Assembly: GCF_016433145.1 (NCBI RefSeq)
Contig: NC_058130.1
Location: 735,068,404-735,129,504 of the forward strand
From: Gracilinanus agilis
Taxonomy: Eukaryota
DNA: 61,101 nucleotides
Direction: 5' to 3'
Under the pieces are notes generated by a model. That model worked only from the letters and a program-made list of their open reading frames with translations, had not been told where the DNA came from and searched no databases. The translations under genes were made by a program, and so were the position numbers. Positions 1 to 10,780 of this stretch are shown here, piece after piece. Every line of letters starts with the position of its first letter. The first letter of the stretch is position 1.

Positions 1-59
1 TAATATAATAATATTAATATAATAATATATATTATTATTAATATTATTTATATTATTTA

Positions 60-220
60 TTAAAGTACTTACCTACTATTAAGTACCTCTTATATATTTA
101 TTAAGTTCCTACTATTAAGTATTTACCTGCTATTAAGTATCTGCTTTCTTATTAAGTATCTACTCTTTATCATTTATTAATACCTATTATTAAGTACCTA
201 GTTCTTTATTAAGTACCTAC
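60..220. repeat. AT-rich degenerate minisatellite (TATTAAGT core)
   Basis: Exact TATTAAGT at 77, 99, 113, 131, 150, 188 and 207, preceded by AT low-complexity sequence at 1-60. Confidence 0.8.
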
Positions 221-790
221 TGTGGACATGAAATTTGGATGCCTCAGTTTAACCCTGCCCTTTTGAGAAATCCCAGTACCAGGCACACCTGTTTTGTTTT
301 GAACTGTAGAGCTAGAGCAGTTTAGGGACCCTAATGTGAGTGGGTTTTGTGGACACAGTAAACAGATGCCTTTTATTTGTTTTATTTGTTTTGGAGGCTT
401 CTCTTATTATGTTAAAAGTTCTCTCAAGAAGTTCAGCTCTTAATTTGACCTTAGCCTTTGTACTGGTTATAGCTGACCTCTTGCTGATACCCCTGAGGCT
501 GGTTACAAATCCCTTTTGCAGCCATTTTGTGGTCTGTCTCTGCAGGCTTCCTGTATGAATTTCCCAGAGGGTATAAGAGACCCCCAAGTTCCCTCCCTCT
601 TCAGAGTTGGCATCTATCTCGGGGTCACTCCCAGGGATAAGTCCCCAGAGTCGCCAGGGTGCAAGCCCGTGTGGTATTTTGGCGCCTGGCTCTGTGTGGT
701 GGCCATTATTGGACCTTATCCTTATTCCTGATTAAAGAGACTAGGCTTTTCTGACTACTTTAGTAGTTCTGTGTTATTTACAAGTTAACA
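221..790 (+). mobile_element. Solo LTR (ERV-type) in POLRMT intron 1
   Basis: Begins TG (221) and ends CA (782 or 790). It has a TATA-like tataag near 571 and ATTAAA at 731-736, with near-TSD ctac/ctat. It interrupts an L2-tail-like motif (ttattaagtacctac ... tatgtgccaggcactg). Family not assigned. Confidence 0.55.
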
Positions 791-1025
791 CTATTATGTG
801 CCAGGCACTGTACTAAGCCTTGTTATTATCTCATTTGATCCGTACAACTCTTCGAGGTAAGGGATGTTATTAATATTATCCCCATTTTACATTTACTCAG
901 GAAGCTGAGATAGCCACAGTAAGTGACTTGCTGGGAGGCACGGAGCAAGTAAGTACGAGGCAGCAGGATTTGAATCCAGGTCTGCCTGACTCCAGAACCA
1001 GCTCTGTGAACTCTGTCCTAGCTGC
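791..1025 (-). mobile_element. L2 tail / MIR fragment
   Basis: tatgtgccaggcactgt, attatccccattttac, aagtgacttg and ggatttgaatccaggtctgcctgactcc are typical MIR/L2 motifs. Confidence 0.65.
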
Positions 1026-1049
1026 CAAGAGATAAATGTGAAAGATAGC

Positions 1050-1760
1050 GGGGAGGATACAAAAGGCGAGGGGGGGCGGTTAGAACTTTAAGAATAGGAG
1101 GGTTAAAGGTCAGAGGGTAAATGGGTCGGTTGTATGGGTTCAAAGGTCGGGTCATGAGCCTGGGTCAGGATTCCTCGAACTCACGGTTAGAGGTGAAGGG
1201 TTAGGAGTTCTAGAACTTCGGGGGCGGTAGGCCAGGGATAACCCATAAAGTCGGGGGTAAGTAAAGAGTCAAAGGGGTGGGGGTGGGCGAGGCTCTTCCT
1301 AAGGGTCAAAGGTGACTGACCCGAAGTCCTCACTGGAAGGTGAGGGGCTCCCACTTACCTTTCTCGGGGTCGGAGCAGGGGCAGCCCTCAGTCCGCAGGG
1401 CCCGGCCGAGCCCCGCTGCCCCCCGCCTCAGCAGCGACGCTCTCAGCCGAAGCACCGACATCCCAGCGGCCCGGGGGGCCCCAGCGCAGCACGAGGACCA
1501 GCCAGGCCTCCCTCCCCACCGACCGGCCTCTAGCACGCAGACGCCAGAGCTTTGCGCTGGCTGCTGGGAGTCGTGGTCTCAACTACTGTAAGGAAGGCTG
1601 ACCTTTTAGGCACGCCGGGGACGGCTCACACTACAAATCCCGAAAGGTCATGGAAGGGGCGGGGCGGAGCGGGGCGGAGGTTGCGAGAAAACGACTTCTG
1701 ATTGGCTGGGCTGCTTATCCTGCATGCAGTAGGAGAGCGACGTAGTCTAGAAAATCTGTT
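1050..1760 (-). promoter_or_regulatory. POLRMT: POLRMT CpG-island promoter
   Basis: CpG-rich. ACTACAAATCCC (ZNF143/THAP11-type) at 1630-1641, three GC boxes at 1656-1680, and ATTGG (CCAAT on the minus strand) at 1701-1705. Confidence 0.75.
1359..1461 (-). CDS. POLRMT: Mitochondrial RNA polymerase, coding exon 1 (mitochondrial targeting peptide); rest of gene lies beyond the window start
   Basis: ATG at 1461 reads MSVLRLRASLLRRGAAGLGRALRTEGCPCSDPEK(G), resembling the recalled human N-terminus (GAAGLKRALR). The start is Arg-rich and lacks acidic residues. The exon is 103 nt, phase 1, with an AG|GTAAGT donor at 1358. Position head-to-head with FGF22 matches human synteny. Confidence 0.88.
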
Positions 1761-3699
1761 TCGTAAGGGTCAATTTCCGCTCCTCTGGAGTCTTGCTAGT
1801 TCTCTTTCTCACTGGTTTAATCCTGGGTCCCTGAAGTGGTCTCTATGTTTCCTCTGGGGCCTCTATGCTCCTAAACTCCACACAGCTGCCAGTCATCTCT
1901 CGGGGGCGGGGGGGCTGACCTGGTTATCCCCTATTCAGATACCCTAAGGGCTGCCGAGTGCCTCTAGCCTCGGAGTTATTAGCTTGTTCTGAGTCCGGTA
2001 TTCCCTTCTCTCCTGAATAAGGATCTTAAATGCATGACTTAAAATATAGGGTTACAAAGAAAAGTAGTTATATTGAAGTAAATGTTAGAGAAGAGAGTAA
2101 AAGAAAAGAGACAAAGGAAAGAAAAAGTAGTGAAGAGAAAGGGGCCGAGAGAGTAGAGAGAGTTCACAGACTCCGATTAAGAATCCACGATCTAGGACAC
2201 ATTACAAGCTTTTCATTCTGGTACTAAACATTACAAATGGCTCATATGACTTCTTAAAAACATTTCAGCTCCAGATCCTGTGTATTGTGCAGTGCCTGCA
2301 ATATACATCTCCTTTCTTCACTTCAAAATTTAACTCAGGCAGAGAATCTTAAGGTAGTGAGGTGACATGAAGATTGATAGCTTGTGGCACTAGGAATCAG
2401 GAAGATGATGAATCCCACCTCAAACACTTTCCACCCAGGGTAACAATCTGCCTCAGTTTACTTATCTGTGAAGTGGGACTAATAGTTTCTCTTACTTCAT
2501 GAGGTTGTTATGAGGACCAAATGATTAAGGTGCTTAAAGTCTACATAAAAGCTACCTCATAAATGCAAACAAAGAGAATTCTCTTAGTTCTCCAATATTC
2601 CTAGGGAACTTTGGGTCTTTCTGCCCCAACCAATCTTGTTCTAATTATACTTAGCTAATGTTCATGTTTATTAGACTGAAATCAACTTGAATAGAGACTT
2701 ATTTTTCATATCTATGGATAAGATGGAGCACAGTTCCTAGTATACAGTAGGTGCTCACTAAAGGATGAATGAGTGGGTGAGTAAATGAGCCACCGTATCT
2801 TCTTTGTTTTTGGTGGGGACAGGGAAAGGAAAAGGATTCTATCATTATGCTGGGTCCACAGATAAGCCCAGGTGGGAGGGGAGACAGGGAACTCCCAGAG
2901 CAGGGATAATCAGAGACATAAACAAATGACCAGTGTTTCCCACAAGGCTAGATGGGGCAGAGCTCCAACCTGCCTGGGCCAGATATCCCAATAGCCTGAG
3001 GTCTTCCCCACTTAGACTTACATCAACGTCCAGCCCTCAGCTCTTTCCCTTAACTCTTTCCTCTCTCCTGAAGAAGACCTGGAAAATCTAAGAGATTGCT
3101 AATCCTATTTTACAGATGGAGAAACTGAGGTCCCAAAAAGGCCCAGGAGTTTGTACCAAGAGCCTGGGCAAAGTGAGGATGGGACCACAAGCCTCTGGGC
3201 TTTTAGCCCTAGGCTTTGCCTCTAGCATTGCCTCTTATTCCACCTGAACTCACCTTGGTTTCCTCCTCTGGGGCTGGTACCAGACTGTCTGAGCCTTGGG
3301 CACCAAAGCTGAGGTGCTTCCCTGGGGCTGCTGAGATGTTCTCCTGCCATCCCACTCTGCCGGTTGGGCTACTCATGGGTGTCACCCATGCCTTCACCTC
3401 TTTGCTATTTAAAGGACCTCCCCCAAAGAAGGGGAACGGGCAGCTCAGACCTTTCATGGTCCCTAGCACTTGCCCCACCCCTATGTCCCAGAGCTAGCCA
3501 GTGTGAATCACAGACAGACAACTGAAGTATCTGTGCAGGGAGTTTAGAGAGCATCTAGTTTGATCCTCAAATATGACAGAAGAGGAAACAGAAGGGACTT
3601 GTCTATAGCCATACAGGAAGATGATCAATCAGGATTCAAAATGGATGACTCCTCCCAAATCCAGGGCTTTTCCCACTATGCAACACTTCTATGTCATTT

Positions 3700-3897
3700 T
3701 TTAAAAACCCTTACCTTCAACTTAGAATCAATTCTGTATTTTGGTTCCAAGGCAGAAGAGCAGCAAGGGCTAGGCAAAGGGGGTTAAGTGACTTGCCTGC
3801 AGGGTCACACAGCTAGGAATTGACTAAAATCAGATTTGAACCTAGGACCTCCCATTTCCAGGCCTGGCTTTCAATCCACTGAGCCACTTAGCTGTCC
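3700..3897 (-). mobile_element. SINE1_Mdo-like SINE
   Basis: Reverse complement of the didelphid SINE (cccttaccttc ... aagtgacttgcc ... gatttgaacctaggacctccc ... ccactgagccac). Confidence 0.8.
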
Positions 3898-4444
3898 TCT
3901 ATATCATCTTCTAATCTAATGACTCCCACCCATTTAAAAAGAATTTAAAACTGAGGCTAAGAGAGAAGGAACTTGCCCAAGGTCCCATAGCCCTCTACCC
4001 TGGACTCCCAAGTACCCTTCTTATATACTTCACTCTCCTCCAGGTGTAGAAGTATTTGGACCTATGAGAGGACCACAGATATCACCTTGTCCATTTTATA
4101 GATGAGGAAACTAAGACCCAAAGGCCAGAAAGGGCTCTCTTAAAATCATAGGAAGCCTCTGAGCCAGGATTCTATTTCCCCATCTGTGAGAGAAGAGGTA
4201 TGATAGAGCCTGATAGAAAGAGCCCAGATCTGCAATCCAAGAAAACTGGAGTCTAGCCTTTACTCTGCCACTGACTCACTCAGGACCCTGGCCAGAGCCC
4301 CTCCTCTTTTAGGCCTCTGCTCCCCCACTCTGCAAAATGAGTGAAGAGGTCTCAGCCCTGTGAGATTGTGTGGGAACTTTCTGGACTCTAGTCCAAGGGA
4401 AGAAGTAGAGGGGAGATGGCTCCTTCTAACCACTTCTAACCCAC

Positions 4445-4467
4445 CACATACACACACACACACACAC
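4445..4467. repeat. (CA)n microsatellite
   Basis: cacatacacacacacacacacac. Confidence 0.9.
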
Positions 4468-4728
4468 CCTGTACACATGCGTGACTTGCTTCCTGACAGA
4501 TTCAGCCTTTGACACACATGGCCCAACAGACAGAGGGACACACACCCCCCCACCCCCGCCAGAGGATCACATCACACCTACATAACTACTGGGCTGCCAC
4601 ACCTGCTGCTGGGCACACGCACACACAAACACACCCACCCACACATAAATACACTGTTGTTCAGTCAGAGACACCTACTTAATAGAAGCCCACCCTTATT
4701 CTTTTTGCATTCTGACCCTGATGGCCTT

Positions 4729-4980
4729 GGGGTCTCTGTCTGTCTGTCTGTCTCCTTCTGCCTCTCTCCCTCCCTCCCTCTTTTTCTCCCTCTCCCTCTC
4801 TCTGTCTGTCTCCCTCTCCCTCCCTCCTTCTCTTTCCCCCCCTCTCCTGCCTCTGTGTGTTTCTTCTTTCTGTCTCTGCTCTCTTTCTCTCCCTCCCTCC
4901 TTCTCTGTCTGTCTCCATCTCCTCTTTCTTCTCTCTTTCCTCCCTCCCTCCTCACCCTCCTTTCTCTCCCTTTCTCAGCC
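4729..4980. repeat. CT-rich polypyrimidine/polypurine low-complexity tract
   Basis: About 250 bp of tctc, ctcc and tctg units. It generates the spurious Ser/Leu/Pro and Arg/Glu/Gly ORFs in the track. Confidence 0.9.
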
Positions 4981-5675
4981 CCCATTCCCATCTCCATTTC
5001 TGTTGTTCTGGCTAACGTCCCTCTCTCTGCCTGTAACTGGATCTCTCCATCTTCCTGTCTCTCATTCTCACAAATCCCCATCCACATTGCGGCCCCACTT
5101 CCACCCCCCACTCCACTCGGACCTTCGGGGAAGAAACACAGGCCAGTAAAGTCCCAAGAATTTTGTGAATGAGTGCCCCTCCTCCCGGCAGCCGCTGTGG
5201 CCCGGCCCTCTTCCCCTCCATTGGCTCAGTGGGGAAAGCCCTGCCCTCCTGGGAGGGACTGATTTGAGTCAAACCTGGGAGATGACAAGCCTCTGAAGAA
5301 GCCTGAAGTGCCACGGGGAAGAGGGGACAGCCGAAGCTTGGGATCCAGACACACCCCTCTGCCTTTCCTTGTGGCTGCCCGAGACAAGGGACCCTTGTGG
5401 GACCTTCCCAGAAAGATCTATGTTTGCTGAGCCAGAAGATAACCTCCCGGAGTGTCCAACCTGCCCATTTTATAGAAGAGGAAACTGAGGGCCAGAGAGA
5501 GGAAAGGGACTTGCCTACGGTCACCCACGGTGAGTCGAGAATAGAGCACAAGGCTCCTGGATGTGAAGTGTTTAGGGAAGCAGGGCCTGGGAAGACTCGG
5601 AGAGGCTGAACTTGGGCTCCCCAAGGCCCAATCTCCATCTGTCTTGTGCTTGATACCTCCCCAGCTGGCCGGGCC

Positions 5676-5732
5676 ATGGAGCATCAGCAAAGGCCAGCCA
5701 GGCCCTGTGGCCTGGTCAGTGAACAGGAGTGA
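5676..5732 (+). other. Upstream ORF (18 aa, MEHQQRPARPCGLVSEQE*) in frame with FGF22
   Basis: gccATGg context at 5676. The TGA at 5730-5732 ends 21 nt before the FGF22 ATG, in the same frame. It is a uORF only if included in the mRNA. Confidence 0.45.
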
Positions 5733-5753
5733 GCCAACCACCGAGTCTCTACC

Positions 5754-6015
5754 ATGCCCCCAGGGCCCTGGCTTTGCTTGGCCTTGCTCCTTGCAGCCCG
5801 GGCCCAGAGCTCTTGGGGTACCTGGCCCAGGAGGGCCCATCGCCCACGGCCCGCTGACCTGGCCATCGGCGTCAGCAGTGCCCGACGAGCTAGGAGCTAC
5901 CATCACCTGGAAGGTGACGTCCGATGGCGGAGGCTCTACTCATCTACCCACTTCTTCTTGCACATTGGGCCCAATGGCAGGGTCGAAGGCACACGGCAGC
6001 CCCACTGCCCCAACA
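5754..6015 (+). CDS. FGF22: Fibroblast growth factor 22, coding exon 1
   Basis: Signal-peptide-like [19 protein letters not shown] followed by [25 protein letters not shown] (FGF7/10/22 subfamily motif). 262 nt, phase 1, with a GTGAGT donor at 6016. Confidence 0.95.
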
Positions 6016-7279
6016 GTGAGTAGGGCAGCCTGGAGGAGGAGGCCTGGCCTGGATGGGGTAGCCAGTCCCGAATTACAGGGGGGCCCAAGATTTCCAGGGG
6101 TGCTGGAGAGTCCTTAGAAAAGGATGACTAGAGGGACCAAGTCCAGAAGGAAAGAAAGAAGTGGAGAAGGGACCAAAGGAAATATCAGTGGCTGGCCTGA
6201 GGAAGGGGGTGGGAACAAGAATGGATCTTGGAAGGCCTGAGGGGCAGCCAGAAGAGAGCCCAAGTTAAAGGATGGAGCCACTTTGCTCTAAGTGTTTGGT
6301 GGGGGGGCGCCCTTCCCCCTTCATACATTCTTAGACTGCCCTATCTAGAAAGAGGCCTTTTTATGGAGGCTAAGAGAGGGGGGAGGATGTGTCCAGCTCT
6401 GGGCTAGAACTCGGGCTTTTGTTGTTTCCATGGGGGCGGCGGGTGCAAGGCATTGGCGTCTTGGTTTTCAGCGATGGCGAACTTGTTGCCATCCTTACCT
6501 TACCTGCAGACCAAAGCAGGTAGAAGGGCCAGTCCTTGGAGCGAGAACTGGAGAGAAAGGAGGCCCTTAGGTCTTTGGGATGGATGGTGGCGAGGAGGGA
6601 GGGCGAATACCCAGGCCCAGTAGTCCTAAATTGGGGGATTTGAGTACCCCCAACACTGGACTCCAGGCTAATCACCTGCTGCTGAGCTTAATGAGAACCC
6701 AGTGAGTAATCACCGTAATTAAGGAGGATAATAATCCTCTGCCCTTCCCGGCCCCTTTCATCTGGGGATCTCAAAGCACTCATTAGCCTATGTGCCTCCT
6801 TGGGTGAGGACAGAGGACAGGGGCAACTTGCTCACCAGATGACTCAGTGGTGGGCTCAGTGGCTGGCACCCAAGCATCTGGCCTCCCTTGGATTGAAGAG
6901 AAAGGTTCCTTTTACAGTCGACATTCTGAGGGGTCCCTTTCTAGGGATTGGAGGGGGCTTGGGAACTGGAGGCCTGGGCCTTTGCACACACCCCTGGCTT
7001 TCCCTAGATTGATGCCAACCTGGCATCAATGCTCTGGACATCTGGGCAGGGAGCTTTTAAATTCAAGCCTGACTTCTGAGGGCGGGCGGGGGGGTTCCAC
7101 CTATCCCAGGACACATAGAGATGGGCATTTGGTTCTCTTCTCGCTCTGCTTTCCCAGAACCACCCCTCTCTACCCCTGTTAAGGCTGGTCACCTCTAAGA
7201 CCATCCGGTGGCCCCAGGCTCCTCGCTCCTTTATCTCTGCCCTTGCACACAGTGAAGTCTGACAAAGACAGTTGCCACT

Positions 7280-7620
7280 CAGTTCTGGAGACACTTTTTG
7301 GGAAGGACATGGCAGGTACCCAGAGGAAAGCGTCCAGGAAGCGGATGGGACCGAGGGCCGTGCCATAGCAAGTTGGAAGGAACCAGGAATATCTGTCCAG
7401 GAAAAAAAAGTTTTAGAGGGCCAGAGATGGCTCTCTTCGAGTTAGAGATCACAGGTCCCGAGGAAAGGGACGAGCCTCGTCCTGCTCTGCCCTAGAGCCC
7501 GTGACAGGCAAACTTCAGCCCTATCCTCCCATAATCACGGCTGTTCTTCAGCTGGAGCTCAGGGACCACGGGTCAGAGAGGGGATTTCTGCCCGGGTGTA
7601 GGCTGGACAGGATGCTTCTG
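7280..7620 (+). mobile_element. CR1/L3 LINE 3' fragment in FGF22 intron 1
   Basis: Degenerate ggacat...ccagagg...ccatagcaagttggaaggaacc resembles the L3 ORF2 C-terminal region. Confidence 0.45.
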
Positions 7621-10036
7621 AGCTGAGGTTCTGAGAGTCTGGGGAGGGTGCGTAGAGGAACTGGGAGCTGGTCAGGAGGAACCTTAGCGCTGCCCACTCT
7701 GGCTGTGACCATGGCCATGACTCAGAAGGGGGTGCCAAGTCCTGGTGGGAAGGATAGGCCTGGATCTGAGACTTGGGACTCTAGAAATGGGCAGAGGCCA
7801 GAAGCTGCCAAGGGTGGACTGTACTTTGTGATCCCTCGGCACAGAATGTCCATAGGGGCTCTGGGAGCCAAAGCTCCAAGCTCTGTCCTGTCCCGCCCGT
7901 CTCCAGTGATCTCTAGGGAAGAGCAGCAGTGGACAGCAGGACGAGCCAACGGATGGTGAATGGAGGTCTAGTCCTGCCCTGGGCAGCCCCTGCGCCTTTC
8001 TCTTCCAGCCCTTCGCTTCCTCCTCTGTCAGATGAGATTCTCTCTGGGCCCGGCCACGTCTGATAATCTGGGGAGTTTGATAAACTTCCCCGATAACAGG
8101 CTTTATTTCTTCATCCTGGGAGCGGAGCGAGGGCAAAGAGGGTACTTTGGTGCCAGCAGACCTGGGTGTCAAGGCCGACGATGTCTTTCAGAAGAGATAC
8201 CACAGGGTGTGGCTGGGTGTGTGTGAGGCAGAGATGGGGAGAGAGATCACGGCAGGCCCGGAGTGGAGGGAAGGTCCATACAGGAAGGCCCTCCACCCCG
8301 TAGCTCTTCCCCAAGGACGCTCAGAATGTTAGTGCCAATAGGGATACCCTCATGCTGGATGAGCAGGCTTTGGAGCTGGAAAGGAGTGTAGAGACAACAT
8401 CTGGTCCCATCTCCTTTTCCTGATGGGGAAAACGGAGCGCCAGGGAGAGGAAGCTATTGCCCAAGGCCACGTAGCTAGGCAGTGCATGGGCCAGGCCTCC
8501 TCACTCTTTCCAGGGCCCTTTCCCCGAGACTATGCTTCCTTCCAACACAAAATACAGTGCATCAGGGCGGAAAAGGTCTTAGACACAAGCCAATCCCCGG
8601 CTCTTATCTCACACTCAGAATCAAAAGATTTTTTTGAGTTTGAGCACTCGCTCTGCCACATATTGGGTGACTTTGGGCAATTTAATGCTACAATAAAATG
8701 CAGGGTATTTTCGGGGGACGGTGAAGCGAGCCCAATGGGACCGAAGCAAAGGGTCTGCGTACAGCCACTCTACAGGGGAGCAGGAAAAAATGGCATTAGG
8801 CCCAGCTGTGGAGGGCGTTTGGACTTTCTCCTGAGGGATGTGGAGACGTAAAAGATGCCTGAGAGCTTTAGGAAAACAACTCTGGTGTCCTGTTCCAAAG
8901 AGATTCAGTGGCAAGAGTGCAGTTAGGGAAGCGAGGATTCAAGTGGCTTTTGTAAATTTTCCATTAGAGATTTGTCTCTTTGCCTCGTTCGCACACAGCC
9001 GTCTCCCACCAAGGCATGCAGGTAATTGAGTGTGGATGGCTCAAAGCCGTCCTTTCCTACTGCAGACGGTGGCTGCTGATTTTTGATTCAGAGGGAAAAG
9101 AAGGCAGATGTGTCAGGGGCCCAAGCTTCAGTCTTAGCTCTTCCTCCTCCCTGGCCTCAGTTTCCCCATCTCTGGCATGAAGAGGTTAGCCATGATGGTC
9201 TCTGAGGCTCTTTAAAGCTCTGATGCTCCCTCGAAGAAGGATCTACTGGCTTCCAGGTTTCTATTCACTGGGGGGGGGGGGGGGACCTTCTCCCATTGCC
9301 TCATTGGGCCGTCTCACTCTGCTGAGAAGAATGACAGATTCTCTGGGCCTGAGATAGGCCGCTGAAGAGGGAGTGAAATATTAGTGGATAGGGAACCAAA
9401 TTTGGAGTCAGAAAGGTCTGGGTTCAAATCTTGCCTCAGGTTTTTTGTTTTTTTTTCCTTTTTTGGGCAAAGACAACCAGAGTGGTTTGCCACTTCCTTC
9501 TCCAATTCATTTTTCAGGTGAGGAAATGGAAGCAAACAGGGTAAAGTGACTTGCCCAGGGTCACACCGCTAGGAAGTCTCTAAGGCTGAATTTGAACTCC
9601 TAAACCTGAGTCTTCCTGATTCCAAGCCCAGTGCTCTCTCCACTATGCCCCAGAAGATACTTTAGGGGTTATAAAATAAGTTGTAATAATAGCATTTCTA
9701 TGGGCACTTTTGAACTCTCTCATTTGATATTCGATCCTCACAACAATCCTAGGAGAGAGGTATGATCCCCATTTTGCAGTTGAGGAAACTTAAGTGACTG
9801 CCCAAGGTCACCCAAAGTGTCTGAGGCTGAATTCGAATTCAGGACATTCCATCCGCCGGGCCCCTCGCTGCTTCAGTGGAATTGAATAGAACTTGACAGA
9901 GGAGGAAACTGAGCCCAGAAGGGAGAAGGGGCTTCCTCGGGATCCCAGAGGAGGGACCAAGATGACAAGCCACGCCTCTCCACTCGGTCCTGGGCTTTCC
10001 TAGCAGGATCAAAAGCCTCGGGCCAGCCGGGATCTG

Positions 10037-10780
10037 ATGGGAAGGCTGCCAAGTAGAAGAGCTGAGGAGGAGGAAGGAAGGTCAGGGAGGAGGTCGCGCC
10101 CCGCACCCCCTCCTCCCAGCGACCCCCTCCCCCCGTCCGAGGGACTCCGCCAGGGCCCCCACCCCCAAGCGGACTCCGGCGGGGCTCCCTCCGCATTCCA
10201 GCGTGCTCCCACGCCCTGGGTCCGGCTGTCCGGCCCTGCTGGCCTGCCCGCATTCCTGTGGGAGCTGGGCTCTCCCAGAACCTGCCCTATGGGCTGCCAG
10301 CTTCGGCCTCCTCCCTGCATCCTGCCCCAGCCCAGGAGCCTGGCTCTGGGACGAGACGCCGGCCCCGGCCTCTGCCTCTGAGCAGAGCACCCAGAGCCGC
10401 TGCACGGAGGGGAGAGCTTCCCGCTCCGCCGGTGCACCCAGGAAATGGCTCCTTCCTCTGTGGTTAGGAGGCTAATTAAATAGGGGCCACTCCCACGAAG
10501 GTCTCCCTGAGGAGGGGGAGGTGTCTGCCCGGGGCAGTGCGGGGACGAGCTCGGCTGGCCCTGGGAGGGCCCTGGAGGACCCCTGTGGAGGAGGGGAAGG
10601 CTGTCCCGAGATCCCTGGGGGAGAGAGCGGCCGCGGCCCGCGCTCCAGCTCAGTGCTTTTCTCCTCAGGTATCGTGGAGATCCGCTCAGTCCGAGTGGGC
10701 GTGGTGGCCATCAAAGCCGTCTACACTGGCTTCTACCTGGCCATGAACCGGAGGGGGAGACTTTATGGCACGGTGAGTCT
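10037..10780. promoter_or_regulatory. Intragenic GC/CpG-rich segment over the 3' end of FGF22 intron 1 and exon 2
   Basis: Visibly CpG-rich (ccggc, gcggccgcggcccgcg) compared with the flanking repeat-rich DNA. Function not shown. Confidence 0.45.
10669..10772 (+). CDS. FGF22: Fibroblast growth factor 22, coding exon 2
   Basis: tttctcctcag acceptor, then (S)[34 protein letters not shown]. The 104 nt length is canonical for an FGF middle exon. GTGAGT donor at 10773. Confidence 0.96.

Noticed and set aside
1462-1536. 25-aa N-terminal extension of POLRMT (MLEAGRW...)
   Set aside because: It starts at GTG in the 5' leader. The ATG at 1461 gives a typical mitochondrial presequence matching the recalled orthologue.
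4657-5172. Four overlapping 79-171 aa ORFs
   Set aside because: They are translations of the CT/GA low-complexity tract, with no domain and mostly non-ATG starts.
5012-6117. Long ORFs overlapping FGF22 exon 1 (221 aa on minus, 184 aa on plus, 162 aa on minus)
   Set aside because: These are GC-rich shadow frames with no recognisable similarity. They span MIR sequence and the splice donor.
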